Source: Lama guanicoe (taxonomy: Eukaryota). From it: DNA of 37,210 nt. The notes below the pieces were generated by a model. It was not told the DNA's origin. It was given only the letters and a program-made list of their open reading frames with translations, and searched no databases. The stretch covers positions 4,527,992-4,565,201 of the forward strand of contig MU053561.1 of assembly GCA_013239625.1 (NCBI GenBank), given 5' to 3'. Positions 10,845 through 22,770 of the stretch are shown here, piece by piece (the first letter of the stretch is position 1; every line of letters begins with the position of its first letter). The translations under genes were made by a program, and so were the position numbers.

Positions 10845-11985
10845 GTGCTCTTTGGAATCACTATTTTGTGTATCACAAAGCTTTGGTATGTCTTGAAAAC
10901 CCTCTGAATCTCATGGATGTATTGAAAAACATTACAAGTTATTAATGATTATAAAGGAGACTTTCTAAGTAGCCAAGTTTTAAAAATATTTTATTCATAG
11001 CTGATTATACTATTTACTATGTCACAGTAGAGTTTGACAGTTGTTAAGAGATAAGGAGCTAAGCAGATTGTATGAATCTAGAATTTTTCTTATTGAAAGG
11101 CATCCTCATTTGGCAGGTGTTTTCCAGTGTTTTTGAATAACAGAATTTGTATATGTAATTGATGTTTTTGATGACCTAGTGAATTAAATTTTAAGCTATA
11201 TGTCTAAGGTCCAAATGACATTGTTATGTCAGGTTATTACCTTTCACTCTAGGCACTATATCTTTCAGACATCGTTGCTGCATCTGGAAGAAAGCATTGT
11301 CATTGAAGAAAATTTGAACAAAGTAAAATGTAGAGATACTGTAAGATCTCATCTCTCTGCAAAATTTAGTTATTATTTTCCTGGGGGGAAATCTGAAACA
11401 CTAAAGAAAAACGTTTGGCTAAAAGATCCATTTGCTCTGCATCAATAATTGAGTTCAGTGTGTATTCCAAGAAGAAAATTCTTACAGCTTAGTTCTTAAT
11501 TTACTCTGAAGTGATTACATGACATTGCTAATTGTCATTTTGTATTAAGACCAAAGAATTCCCATTACTAAATAGAATGAGTGTAGTACTATATTTGCCA
11601 TTCACAACAGCTTATTGTTTCAAGTAGGGTTTTCAACCCTGACCCAATTTAAAGCAAAAGAACACAAGACTCTATAGTGAACCCGATAAGTACATAGCAT
11701 TGTCCTTGTGTTTTCCAGACTGGAATTAATTTATGAACAGGAAAGGTCACCCATTGCATTACACTGACTCTTTTCTAACTTTAATATTTATATCATGTAT
11801 TAATTTTGGAATTTTAAATGTAAGTAATGATAAAATAATACTAGATGTTAACTTTATGTTTTACTTTATCATATGTAGTAAGGTTAATTATTGTTTTGTG
11901 AAACTTCTGTTTCAGTTGTGTGTGTATTGTGAATTAAATGTGTTTCTTACCATGGATTGTGGTCGGAAGAGTTGGTGAAACACTG
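10845..11985 (+). mobile_element. hAT-Charlie (Buster-like) transposon fossil: C-terminal transposase remnants and 3' terminus
   Basis: Remnant peptides WNHYFVYHKAL (CxxH-region homolog), WLKDPF, KEFPLL..LPFTT..GFSTL (hAT dimerisation domain); ends with TIR-like gaaacactg; many frameshifts and stops. Confidence 0.85.
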
Positions 11986-12068
11986 GCCTACAGTGCAAGA
12001 GAAAGAGGGTTTGATTCATCAGACAATCCTTCTCTCCCACTAAGCAGACTCAAGAACCTTAGGGATTT

Positions 12069-12090
12069 TGTGTGTGTATGTGTGTGTGTG
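12069..12090. repeat. (TG)n microsatellite, interrupted
   Basis: tgtgtgtgtatgtgtgtgtgtg. Confidence 0.8.
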
Positions 12091-12469
12091 TTCTATAAAA
12101 CCATACCAACATATACTTCTGCTGTTACTGCCTTTGGACGATCCCTCTTTGATTCTCCATTTCTCCCCAAAACAATTGTGATTGCTCACTTTGTCTCCTT
12201 CCCTGTTGATATTACGTGTGCCTACTTTCCTTGTGTTTGTTGCTTCCCTCGAACCCAGTTTCTCCTCATAAACTCTCTATCTGATTCTCCCTTTTCTTTT
12301 CATCTGCGGTTCCTAATCGTGATTAATGTCTCAAAGGTTTAGTCCCTAATTCTCTGCCTTTTTAAAACTCTCTGCTTATTTATGTTTATGTTTGTAACGT
12401 ATGTATTCTTGCTTCTTTTTTCTTCCCAATGCCTGTTTTAAACCTTGTTTACTCTTCTTAAATCTTTGG

Positions 12470-13140
12470 CTTTTCTCTCTCTCACTTAACTCTCAGCAAA
12501 TAATTGCACATATTATTTCAAAGAGAAAATAGAAGCCATTAGAGGGGAAGTTAATCAGTGTACAGCCCCCAAATCTACAAATGTACCTGCATCCTTATCT
12601 TTCTTTTCTCATTACCTCCTGTTCTGATGGAAGAGCTGTCCCTCTTTCTGTCAAGTGCTAGTCCCTCCAGTTCCAGTTGGAGGCTCATGCCTGCTCTCCC
12701 TCTTGGGGTTTGCTTTCTAGCCTTGATTCTTCTCTTCTCTACTGACTCCTTTCCACTAGTGCTTTAAACAAGCTTAGTTATTTTCTATCTTAAAAAATAA
12801 TAAAAAGCTTTCCTGGACCCCATGTTCCTGTCTGGCCACCACTCTATTGTCCACTTGTCCACCTGGATAAACTCCTTGAAAGGGTTGTCCACAGTTGCTG
12901 TTTCCATTTGTTTTTTCCTATCCATTTCTCATTCACTGTGATCTTCCTTCAGCCTCCTCCATGCCACTGAACCTGCTCTCGCCCAGGTCCTAAGGACCAA
13001 TAGACACTCAAATCTTTACCTTATTTGACTTTTGACAGGTCACTATTGACCACTGTTTTCTGTTTGAAAGGTCCCTTCCTTTGGCCTTCGTGTTTCCACA
13101 TACTCCTGGTGTTTTGTCCCATCTTTTATCTACTTCCATG
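12470..13140 (+). mobile_element. L2 LINE ORF2-region fragment
   Basis: tatttcaaagagaaaatagaagccattag, actccttgaaagggttgtc, ccactgaacctgctct, ttgaccact are typical sense L2 motifs. Confidence 0.7.
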
Positions 13141-13749
13141 ACTTTCTATGATAGAAGAGAATTGACCCAGAGTGTTCTAGAACTGATCTGTTTTGGATTA
13201 GTCATGTTTTGGGAGTTTATAAAGTTTAATTCCAACAGAGCATGATGCTCCATAAAAGTCATTCTAAAACCCCAGCGTGATTATCAAGTAATAAAGGATT
13301 TGTGATACGGTGTGGATGCCTACTTCACTCTGTTCCACCCCATGGCTTTTGGCTGAATTGTTCAGGAAAAGGAGGGGAAGAGCTGGTAATAATTTGTGAT
13401 CTTAGTAATAACTTTGATTGTTTCTAAATGATATTATTGGGCCTGAGGGTTAATATATTGAAGACCTGGTACTTTCATGTGTTTTAAATGGTAATTTGAG
13501 GGAAAGGAGATGTGTTTAATAACTGTGTGAATGCAGTTTTACTTTTTGTTGATTTTGTATTGTCAAGTGAGATAAAATATCCAATGGCTGTATAATTTGG
13601 GAATGTGATTTGAGGACCTGAGAAATATGTCTTCTGGCTTTTTTAAAAGCTTTAATATGAAATAGAAAGTTACATTGTACAATGGATATGCATGTATGTT
13701 TTTAAGAGAGCCTGTTATGTCTCAGTTTTAAACCTTGATAAGTACATCT

Positions 13750-13960
13750 TTTTACATAACGCTAAAAAGAAAAGCAGGATACAATTACATATATACTATA
13801 ATTGCAACTATATAAAAATATTCTTATGAAATAAGACAGGAAGGAAATATGCCAAAATGTAACAGTGATTATGCTGAATGTTGTTGGCTTATATTTTTTT
13901 CGCCGTCTTCTATATTTTCAAAATTTCTAAAAAGTAGTATTACTTCTAAAACTTTGGAAA
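13750..13960 (+). mobile_element. Old L1 (L1M, ME/MD-like) 3' UTR fragment
   Basis: aaaagcaggatacaa...ggaaggaaatatgccaaaatgtaacagtg...ttttcaaaatttcta. Confidence 0.5.
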
Positions 13961-14203
13961 AATGGCTTCTTTTTAATTTCTGGAAAATTTTTTCAACCTT
14001 TGAACATTCTAGGAAGTAAGAATTTTGCTGCTTTTATTTTCCAGTGTCTTGCTAAGAACTTAGTCAAGTTTGAGTTTATTATTTAGAACGTAGGTTATTT
14101 TAAAGTTATTTGAAGTATTTACAAAGGTCTAATTTGGGACAATTATTTCTTACTTTAGAGAGTTTTTTTTAAGATCAAAAAGATTAAGATAAAACTTCAT
14201 TTA

Positions 14204-15230
14204 GAAGATATACAGATGGCCAACAGACACATAAAAAGATGCTTAATATCACTAATCATCAGGAAAATAGAAGTCAAAACCATAATGAGATATCCTCTCA
14301 CACATGTTAGAATGGCTGTTATCAAAAAGACCAGAAATAACAGGTGTTGGTGAGGATGTGGAATAAAGGAAACCCTTGTGCACTGTTGATGAGAGTGTAA
14401 CTGGTGCACCACTGTGTGTGGAAAATGCTGGCGCAGTATGTAGGTTCCTCGAAAAATTAAAAATAAAAGCACATATGATCTAGCAATTGCACTTCTGAGT
14501 ATTTTTCTGAAGAAAATGAAAACACTAATTTGAAAAGATATCTGTTCCCCATGTTCGTTGCAGCCTTATTTACAGTAGCCAATATATGGAAGCAACCAAA
14601 AGTGTTCATCAATAGGTGAATGGATAAAAAAAATACAGCATATATATACATATACATATATATATACAGCATATATATACGTGCACACACATACATACAA
14701 TGGAATGTTGCTTATCCATAAAAAGGATGAAATGCTGCCATTTGCAACATAGGTGGGCCTTGAGGCATTATGCTAAGTGAAATAAGTCAGACAGAGAAAG
14801 ACAAAGACTGCATGATCTCACTTATATGTGGAATCTAACCAAATAAGCAAAACTCCAGTCTCATAGATGCAGATCAGATTAGTGGTTGCCAGAGACAGGG
14901 ATGGTGGGAGTGGTGGGCAGAATGGGTAGAGGGGTCAAAGGTACATACAGACTTACAGCTATAAAATACATAAATGTTGAGGAGGTAATGTACAGCCTGG
15001 TGACTATAGTTAATAATACCATACTGCATATTTGAAAGTTGCTAAGGGAGTAAATCTTAAAAGCCCTCATCACAAGAAAAAAAAATTTAATTCTCTAACT
15101 GTGTATGTTGATGTATGTTAACTAGACTACGTGATCATTTTGTAGTGTATACGTATATTGAATCATTATGTTATACACCTAAAACTAAAATATAATGTTA
15201 TATGTCAATTATACCTCAATAAAAAAAGAA
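14204..15230 (+). mobile_element. 5'-truncated L1 (L1MA-like): ORF2 C-terminus, 3' UTR, poly(A)
   Basis: gaagatatacagatggccaacagacac (EDIQMANRH), aataaa plus A tail; TSD aagataaaacttcattta (14186-14203) / aagatactcttcattta (15231-15247); internal (TA)n/(CA)n at ~14640-14700. Confidence 0.92.
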
Positions 15231-15889
15231 AAGATACTCTTCATTTAATTATGTGGATAGTTACTAACATTGCATTAATCTAATGAAATTCTAAAGTTTC
15301 ATGATGTTGAAGTTAATTTTATATGTAATTTTCCACATTGTAGCATTTTATAACACTTCCTCTTCTGATGAAACATTACTTGACTGTTGTACCTAAGCTG
15401 TCTTCAAAATTTAGCTCTGAGCCAGCTCTTTTCCCCCCTAGCCGAGGAGTTGATACCAGACCCTTGTTCCTCCTACTTCAGGATATATGTTAAGCACTCT
15501 AAGTGGTTATCTTGAAGTTTCAGTCCCTTGGCTTGAGGTGGGCAGGAATTGTCTCCCCCTTTTCCCTTAGGAGGCAGAGAAACGTACACCACCTACTTTC
15601 TTTAAAGAAGTCCTCTCTATTGTCCCTTGTAATCCTTACAATTAAGGAAATGAAGTTCTTCTCATGTAGTCTTGACAAGGGAAATGAGCTGATGTCAGCA
15701 GAGCCAGATTTTGGCCACCTCACTTTAAAAGCCTTGCACTTCTCTTTAGAATAGGGAAGTATTTGACTCCTATTGTTTTGATTTTGGCCTTTGAAGCCCC
15801 TGCTGAAATTCAGAGAGGACAGGAAAGGTTGCATTTGACATCCTGTTTTACTAGCTGATATTATTGTTATGTCTACCCACAAAACAAGT

Positions 15890-16110
15890 AATATACAATG
15901 GTTAAATGCACAAGTTTTGGCGCAAAGTGGAACTAAGTTTGTGTTGCTTTGGGTAACCTACTTAACCAGTTCAGTCTCAGCTTCCCCGTCTACAAAATGG
16001 AGGTAATAATGACTGTCAGAGTTGTGAGAATTAAATGGAATAATGAAAGTAGGTACTAAGCACAGTGCTTGGCACATGCAAGCACTTAATAAATAATAAT
16101 TGTTATTATT
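15890..16110 (+). mobile_element. MIR SINE
   Basis: cttaacc..tctcagcttccccgtctacaaaatggaggtaataat...cacagtgcttggcacat..aagcacttaataaat. Confidence 0.85.
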
Positions 16111-17627
16111 TTTAAATATCACATTACTATACAAATATATCTCTTTTGCATCTCCTGGTTTTTTTTTTCCTTTGTATTTTATTTACTGGAAATATTTGAA
16201 TAATGGTAATTAGGTTCTACTGCTGATCAGAAATACGTAAGAACTGAGTTAGACTGAGAGGAGTGTTTTGACCTCAGCCATGCGATTAGATAACATTAAA
16301 CACACTCCTGTTAAATTATAGCCGTGTTTATGGGAGGGGAACAGTGATGTGAGTGATGAACCACATCTCTAGATTATTTAGAAAACATTTTCTAAACTTT
16401 GGGGTTATGTATTTTCCACTTTTTCAAAGTCTATTTATAAATTTATTTTTCTTGGGTAGTTTTAGTTGAGTATCTTTAAAGTGCTGGTATTTGGTAAAAC
16501 CTTATATGCTAACTGCATTTTACTGGCCTTTTATTTGGTATAACTGTTATTTTCAGTTCAAGGATGTGATCTACTCAGTGTGCTGATTAGCATGTATGTT
16601 ACACCAGGGGTTCTACTACAAAAAAATCAGTTTGTATTCCTTTCACAAACATTACCTGAGAGCAGGAAGAGGTGATTTAGAAACCACCTGAAGAGCATGA
16701 GAAACCAGCAGATTATTAGTGATTTGAACAGTGTGCATTATCATTTTGTGGATCAACTAGACATTCATAATCTGATTTTTACTGTAAGGGTGCCCACTCC
16801 AAATTAAACTCTTCTTGCCATCTTTGACCAGAACAGTCATATTTTATTATCTTTTTGCTACATCTCTGTCTTATCTGTTAGTGAAATATTTTTATACCTT
16901 TCACATCAAAAATTTGATGTGCATCCCAAAGAAATTCCTGGGTCTATAAAGGAGGCACATAGGACAGAGCAGGAGTTGCTGCGAGCTGGTCCCTGTACTC
17001 CTAATGTAGGAATCAGATAAAGATAAAGATTTTTTTGCACACAAAGTCCTCCTGGCTCCTATGAATCTAATTTCCAAATCTGTGTTTGTCTCTACGGTCC
17101 AAAGTAACTCTTTGGAAATCAGAATTATCTCCTGGATTCCGAGAGGTATAGTTAGCTGAAGAGTTTGCTGCCACATTCCTAGAGATTTTGAATTTTTCTA
17201 TAAATCCTGATATAGTCTTGGCTAACTTCATGGTATAAGAAGCTAGTTTGTGAAGTTATTTCTTTTCCTACTTTATTTAAAGCCTGTTCCTCAGTGGCCT
17301 GTACAGCCTCTTAGGCCTGATACATATCTAGATATGGCGTAATTTGCAGTCACCATACCTAGATTGTCTAAACTAGATTACTAGCTGGAACACTAGATTG
17401 AGGTTCAGTTGCAGCAGAAATCTGGCTACTGTTGTGATTTCTAGCCTCTTTGATGTTTAGATTGAGGAACAGTTTTCCCATACCACATTCTTCTTTTCTT
17501 CTGCCTGGTATCTTCCTTCTCCTCTAGGCTCCTTTTATGTTTCCGTGTCATTCAGGAAAGCCTGAGGACTATCCAGATGTAAATGACCCCTGTGGGCATG
17601 TACTTCTACACCTTTCAGAAAACAGAT

Positions 17628-17838
17628 GTTGGTGACTCTAGTTAACAATACTGTTGCTAAGAGAGTAGATCTTAGATGTTCTCACTAAAAACAAAAAGTT
17701 TTGTGAGGTGATGAATGTGTTAACTAACTTTGTTGTGCTGAGCATTTCGCAGTGTATATATGTATCAAATCCTGATGTTGTATACCTTAAACTTACACAA
17801 TGTTTTGTCAATTATATCTCAGTAAAACTGGGGGGAAA
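17628..17838 (+). mobile_element. L1 (L1MA/MB-like) 3' end fragment
   Basis: ggtgactctagttaacaata..ttgctaagagagtagatctta..tgtcaattatatctcagtaaaactg; homologous to 15000-15220. Confidence 0.85.
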
Positions 17839-17914
17839 TAGTTATTGCTTCTTCTGACTCCTTCTCTTATTTGAGTCTCAAAGGGAAGGGTTGTTTACAC
17901 TGTCTGTTTACAGA

Positions 17915-18070
17915 ACTTTGGGCCACCTGGTTACTTTGGCCTTGAATACCCTCATTTATAAAATGGTGAATGCACATGTAGGTTGGAATACCTTACTCTG
18001 TACTCATGATCTGCTGGAGGTGCACAAGATGATACATTAGGATGTGAAAAGAGCATTAGAGTTGTTATTT
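17915..18070 (+). mobile_element. Degenerate MIR
   Basis: ccctcatttataaaatgg core and ggatgtgaaaagagcatt tail. Confidence 0.4.
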
Positions 18071-18996
18071 ATTTTCCTTTTCACCTCAAAAAGTAATGTT
18101 AGACTTTGCCAAATATTTAACATGCAGATTGACACTGGTGCCTCCACTCTTACCGGATATCATCTAAGGAATTAATCCCAAGGGAATGCGGTCATTCCCC
18201 AGCAAAAGGAATAGACAGTGACATCTTCACCTGTCTTTTAGCTATTGTTCACTTTTAGTTACTGTAACACATAAGTTATGTGTGTCCATTTTATATGTGT
18301 CCAAGTAGCTGAATTTACAGATTATATTTTTAAATGACAGAATCATCACAGTCCATGAAAATATTTTGTTATCTCACAGTAATTCTCTCGTTTGTTATGG
18401 AGAAGTATTTTTAAAAGTTGCCAAACTTAAAATATCACACACAATTTTTCTTTACCATAAGAGAAGTTCCAAAATTGTCGTTTTCTATGATAAGTGGTTA
18501 TTGGTAAAAAACATTTAAATATAAACACATTACTATGTCTCTTAAAGGTAAGAGTTAATAATGAATGAAAAGTCAATTGTTTTTCTAAATTAACTCATGA
18601 TTTAGAGAGAGAATTTTATAATTAAGATGTTTCTATTGCTATTAGTTGTTGCCCAAAATGAAGTGAATGTGTTATCTATAAAACTCTCATGTCTGCATAC
18701 TTGGCGCCGCTGGAAACAGTTTTCCAATCTGTTTTAAAATCTTTCAAAGTAGTTTCAGTGGATTTTTAATCACTTTGTTAAAAATTTAAATAATGTAATA
18801 CTGTCTAGTTAGTTTGCAAGTATAGCAGACAGACATTGGAGAAGATGGAAATATACTTACCAAATTTCGACAAAAACCCTTGCTTAATTGGTGAATAGAA
18901 TTGACCAATGAGTATTTTGATTCAGTCAGTTAAGCTCTTCTTTCATTGGCTGTATGTATTGTGGTGAGTTATCTTTTTCAATTACTATGGCCTTTT

Positions 18997-19381
18997 TATG
19001 TTAGCCAGCTCAGGCTGTCATAACAAACCGCTATCGACTGAATGGTTTAAACAACAGAAATTAATTTTCTCACACTTTTGGAGGCTAGAAATCTGAGAGT
19101 AAGGTGTTGTCATGATTGATTTTTTCTAAGCCTCTCTCCTTGGCTTTCTAGATGGCTGTCTTCACCCTGTGTTTTCATTCAGCCTTCCCTCTGTATGTCT
19201 CTGTATCCAAATTTCCGTTTCTTATAAAGACACCAGTCATACTGGATCAAGGCCCACCCTAGTGATCTCATTTTAACTTAATTACGTTTTTAAAGACTGT
19301 ATCTCCAAATTCAGTCATATTCTGAGATACAGGAGGTTAGGACATCAACATATGAATTTGGACGTAATTCAGCCCATAACA
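18997..19381 (-). mobile_element. MLT1B-like solo LTR (ERVL-MaLR)
   Basis: ggctgtcataacaaa...tttaaacaacagaaatt...cttataaagacaccagtcat...aattcagcccataaca (reverse complement of TGTTATGGGCTGAATT). Confidence 0.9.
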
Positions 19382-19789
19382 CCCTTAAAACTAAGTATTA
19401 AAATAAACCAGATTTAGAACTAGATCTTTGAATTGCTGTTTCAAGAAAAAAAAATCATGTTTAATACATTGCTCTTAGTTAAAATATATTAATAATACTT
19501 TCGTGAGAGTGAAATGATTATTTTACCTGCCTTTTATGTATTTAATTTTTAACAAAATTAGTAAAATGATTTTTAAAAATAGAGCTTTAAAATTTTTTTA
19601 TTTTTGAGTACATTATAATATGCATGATGTTATTATAGTTGTGTATGCCTATAACTTATAAATACACATAAATCAGTCTTTTTTGTTCCTAGGAGTTTAG
19701 AATCAAGATTTGGAGACTTCTGACTTATATATTGCCCCTTTTAAAAATGTCTTTCTATTCTGAAGGTAAATGTTACATGCTATTAATAA

Positions 19790-19990
19790 TAACAAGGATT
19801 TTGGAGTTCAAATTCTGATTTTCCCACTCATAATGATGTATATGACCTTAAAAAGTTATCTAACCTTGCTAAGCCTCAGTTTCCTCATCTAGAAAGTGAA
19901 GGTATCTTCCTCTAAGGATTGTTTTAAGGATAAAATGAGATTATGCATTTAGTGCCTGACAAATAGGAAATGTACAAAAAAGTCATTGTT
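19790..19990 (+). mobile_element. MIR SINE
   Basis: gcctcagtttcctcatct core, ggattgttttaaggataaaatgaga, agtgcctgaca. Confidence 0.8.
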
Positions 19991-20173
19991 GTGGTACTTA
20001 TAATCATTTAAATAAGTTGTTTTGGTATTATTCATTTATCTTTAAAGTATTCTAAAATGTTTCCCTATACTACAAATAGGGCAACTTCAAATCATCGGAG
20101 ACCCTTAAAGTATTAGGCATTGCTAATTTTCATAAACCTTTGCTTATTATACATTCTTATATTCAAGATTTAG

Positions 20174-21010
20174 TCATCATTTAACAAATTTACTAAGGGG
20201 TTAGTATATGGTGCGTTTTCTTCCAGGTACTGGGGAGACAGTGGTGAAAAGCTTATGTTCCAATAGGGGAGACAAACAATAAGTAAACAAACAAATAAAT
20301 AATAGAATTTCAGGTAAATGATAAGCTCTGGGGGGGGAAATATAGCAGGGTGAAGACATAGAGAAATATGTGGGGAAGCAAGCCTTATTTGAGATAAAAT
20401 GGTCAGGGAAGGTGAAAACTGAGGAGAAATCAAAAAATGGGAAAAGAAGAAATGATGGTGGCATGGATTAGTGGGGCAGTAGTAAAGAAGGTAAATGGTT
20501 GGAGTTAGAAATAATATTTTGAAGGTGGAACCAGTAAGAATTACCACTTGTCCTAGTCAGCTTTAGCTGGTGTAACAAAAATACCATGGACTGGGTAGCT
20601 TGAACAACAAAAATTTAATATTCACAGTTCTGGAGTCCGTGAAGTGCAAGATCAAGGTGCTGTCCAATCCAGTTTTTAGTCTGAGGGCCTTTTTCCTAAT
20701 TTGTAAATGGTCTTCTCATTGTATCCTCCAGTATTGGAAAGATCATCTTCATCATGTCTTTTATTATAAGGGCACTAATCTCATTCCTGATGGCTTTATC
20801 CTCATGACTTAATTACCTTCCAAAGCCCCACCTCCAGATACGATCACATTGGCAATTAGGGCTTCAACATACAACTTTTGGGGGAGCACAAACATTCAGT
20901 CCGTAACATCACTGGGTTAGTTATAGGGATAACTCCTAAAGTCTCACAGCTGTGGCAAATAAAACCTCCAGTGGTACCCATTAGAATCAGGGAACAGCAA
21001 AGGATTGTAG
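20174..21010 (-). mobile_element. L2 fragment interrupted by an MLT1A LTR
   Basis: tcatcatttaacaaatttact...ccaggtactggggagacagtggtgaa...tttgaaggtggaaccag; resumes after 20913. Confidence 0.65.
20549..20908 (-). mobile_element. MLT1A/MLT1A0-like solo LTR
   Basis: TG...CA termini, ttataagggcactaatctcatt, aaacattcagtccgtaaca; 5-bp TSD ccact / tcact. Confidence 0.9.
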
Positions 21011-21347
21011 TCATTTGGAAGTTTTTTGAATTTGAATTTGGAAGTTTTTTGAATAATGTGGATAACCAACTATGTAACACAATCACAAAGTTAGCATTAT
21101 TCTAAATCTTTGTCTTGTGCCTCAAAATTCTGAATATAATCTGCATTAAATCAACTAGCATTTTTAATTCTTTCATTTAAGAAAAAAAACCCACAAAAAA
21201 TTCCTATGACAGCTATCTCAACAGAGTTGATAGAATTGTTAAAGAATTCAGTTCTGGGGGGAAGAACCATATTTCTTGCTTTGCAGTTAGGCACAATAAC
21301 TGCTTGAGATGTTTATGTTGTCTATTATTAGTAATATTTGAGTTTTT

Positions 21348-21499
21348 TAACATTTGTTAAATTGAGTTACAGTCGTTTTACAATGTTGTGTCAAATTTCA
21401 GTGTAGAGCACAATTTTTCAGTTATACATGAACATACTTATATTCATTGTCACATTTTTTTTCGCTGTGAGCTACCACAAGATCTTGTATACATTTCCC
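21348..21499 (-). mobile_element. Young lineage-specific L1 3' end (camelid-type), severely 5'-truncated
   Basis: tttacaatgttgtgtcaaatt..agcacaatttttcagt is homologous to 36899-37060; TSD tgagttttt at 21339-21347 and 21500-21508 followed by aa (L1 endonuclease site). Confidence 0.85.
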
Positions 21500-22179
21500 T
21501 GAGTTTTTAATGTTTCTTTGCTATTTTGGGAATTATTTTTAATTCCCTTATAGTTACCTGTAAGGCTGTTTCCTCTGATGGTAGTGAGATAAAAGGCTGA
21601 TACCCTATATGTGCTTGCTTTGAAGGTTTGTTATTCGAGGTACAGTCAGCAAAATGATAAAAGTTTTGAAAGACACAAGCCAGTCTGATATTTTACTTTT
21701 TTGTCTCTGTTGCTTTGTTCCTTTATCATTTGCTGTAAAATATTTTTAGCCAAATTCAGTGAAGAAGTTTAGGCAAGAATTTTTCCTGTGGGTTATATTG
21801 AAAATTTATCTAGAATTTGATAAATTAATATTTTATAGCTAGTTTAATTAAATATACGTAACAGAAAATTCAAAAAAGCAAATAACATGAGCAGTTCAAA
21901 TTCTTATCCATCTTGCTGAGCAGATTTTACTATGTTAAAATTTTCTCTGATGCATATCTTCGCATCCTCTGCTGTAATGAGTACAGGAGTGACATTCTGA
22001 AATATAGGTTTACTTTAGGTCTTTCAAAACAGCATTGCAGAAGTGTTTACTCTTCTTAGCTATTGATGCTATATCTCTCTTTTAATTTTCATCCCTGAGT
22101 TTCCTTTTTTCTAACTATACCCCGCAAGAATGACTCTAGGTTATTAAGATTTTTGAGGTCATGGAAAAGATATACTGAA

Positions 22180-22335
22180 GTATTTGTTGTAAGGAGAATT
22201 CAAAACTGGGAAACAATTACAGAGTACTGTTAGGTGTAATGGGAGCACATAGAAAGAATGATTAACTCTGGGTAAAGGGCTAAGGAAGATCTCACAGGAA
22301 AACTTTGAACTGGTCTTGAAAGTACATTGTATGTT
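22180..22335 (-). mobile_element. L2 fragment (further pieces at ~22780-22920 and ~23420-23580)
   Basis: gtgtaatgggagcacatagaaag...ggaagatctcacagga...tttgaactggtcttgaa. Confidence 0.6.
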
Positions 22336-22344
22336 CGTGAAGTT

Positions 22345-22770
22345 AATAGTAGCTATCATTTATTGAGCAGTGTTTATATACCAGGAACTGTCTTAAACAT
22401 TTTATTTACATCATCTCATATTTAATCCCCACAACAACCTTATAGAATTACCAAAAAAACCTGTCTTTTGTGGCAGAAAGTGCTAAAACATGTATCAGTT
22501 ACTTAACCTCTTCTGCAAAATGAGGATAACAGTGGCATTTACCTCATGGATTATCACAAGACTTAGATGAGTTAATAATGGTAAAGTGAGGAGAACTATG
22601 CCTGGCTCATAGTAAGTGCTCAATATGTGTTACCTAAAATCATTCTAACTATTCTATAGATAAGGAAGCAGGTTTAGAAGGATTAAATAATTTCACTAAG
22701 GTTATATAACTAAGAAACAAGTCTGATGGTATTTGAACTCTGTGTAACTCTAATAATCCAGTTCTAAATC
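22345..22770 (-). mobile_element. MIR split in two (22345-22445 and 22645-22770) by a nested opposite-strand MIR
   Basis: catttattgagc..ccaggaactgt..tttaatccccacaacaacc, then tatagataaggaagc..atttgaactc. Confidence 0.65.
22490..22640 (+). mobile_element. MIR SINE (nested)
   Basis: agttacttaacctct..ctgcaaaatgaggataac..tgcctggctcatagtaagtgctcaata. Confidence 0.8.

Noticed and set aside
16507..16599. Possible exon 16557-16593 (gctaac branch, ttttcag acceptor, CAT|GTATGT)
   Set aside because: Donor is weak and there is no other support; such pseudo-exons are common in long introns
17359..17467. Recurring (c)tagatt motif
   Set aside because: Only 6-10 bp with irregular spacing; no array structure
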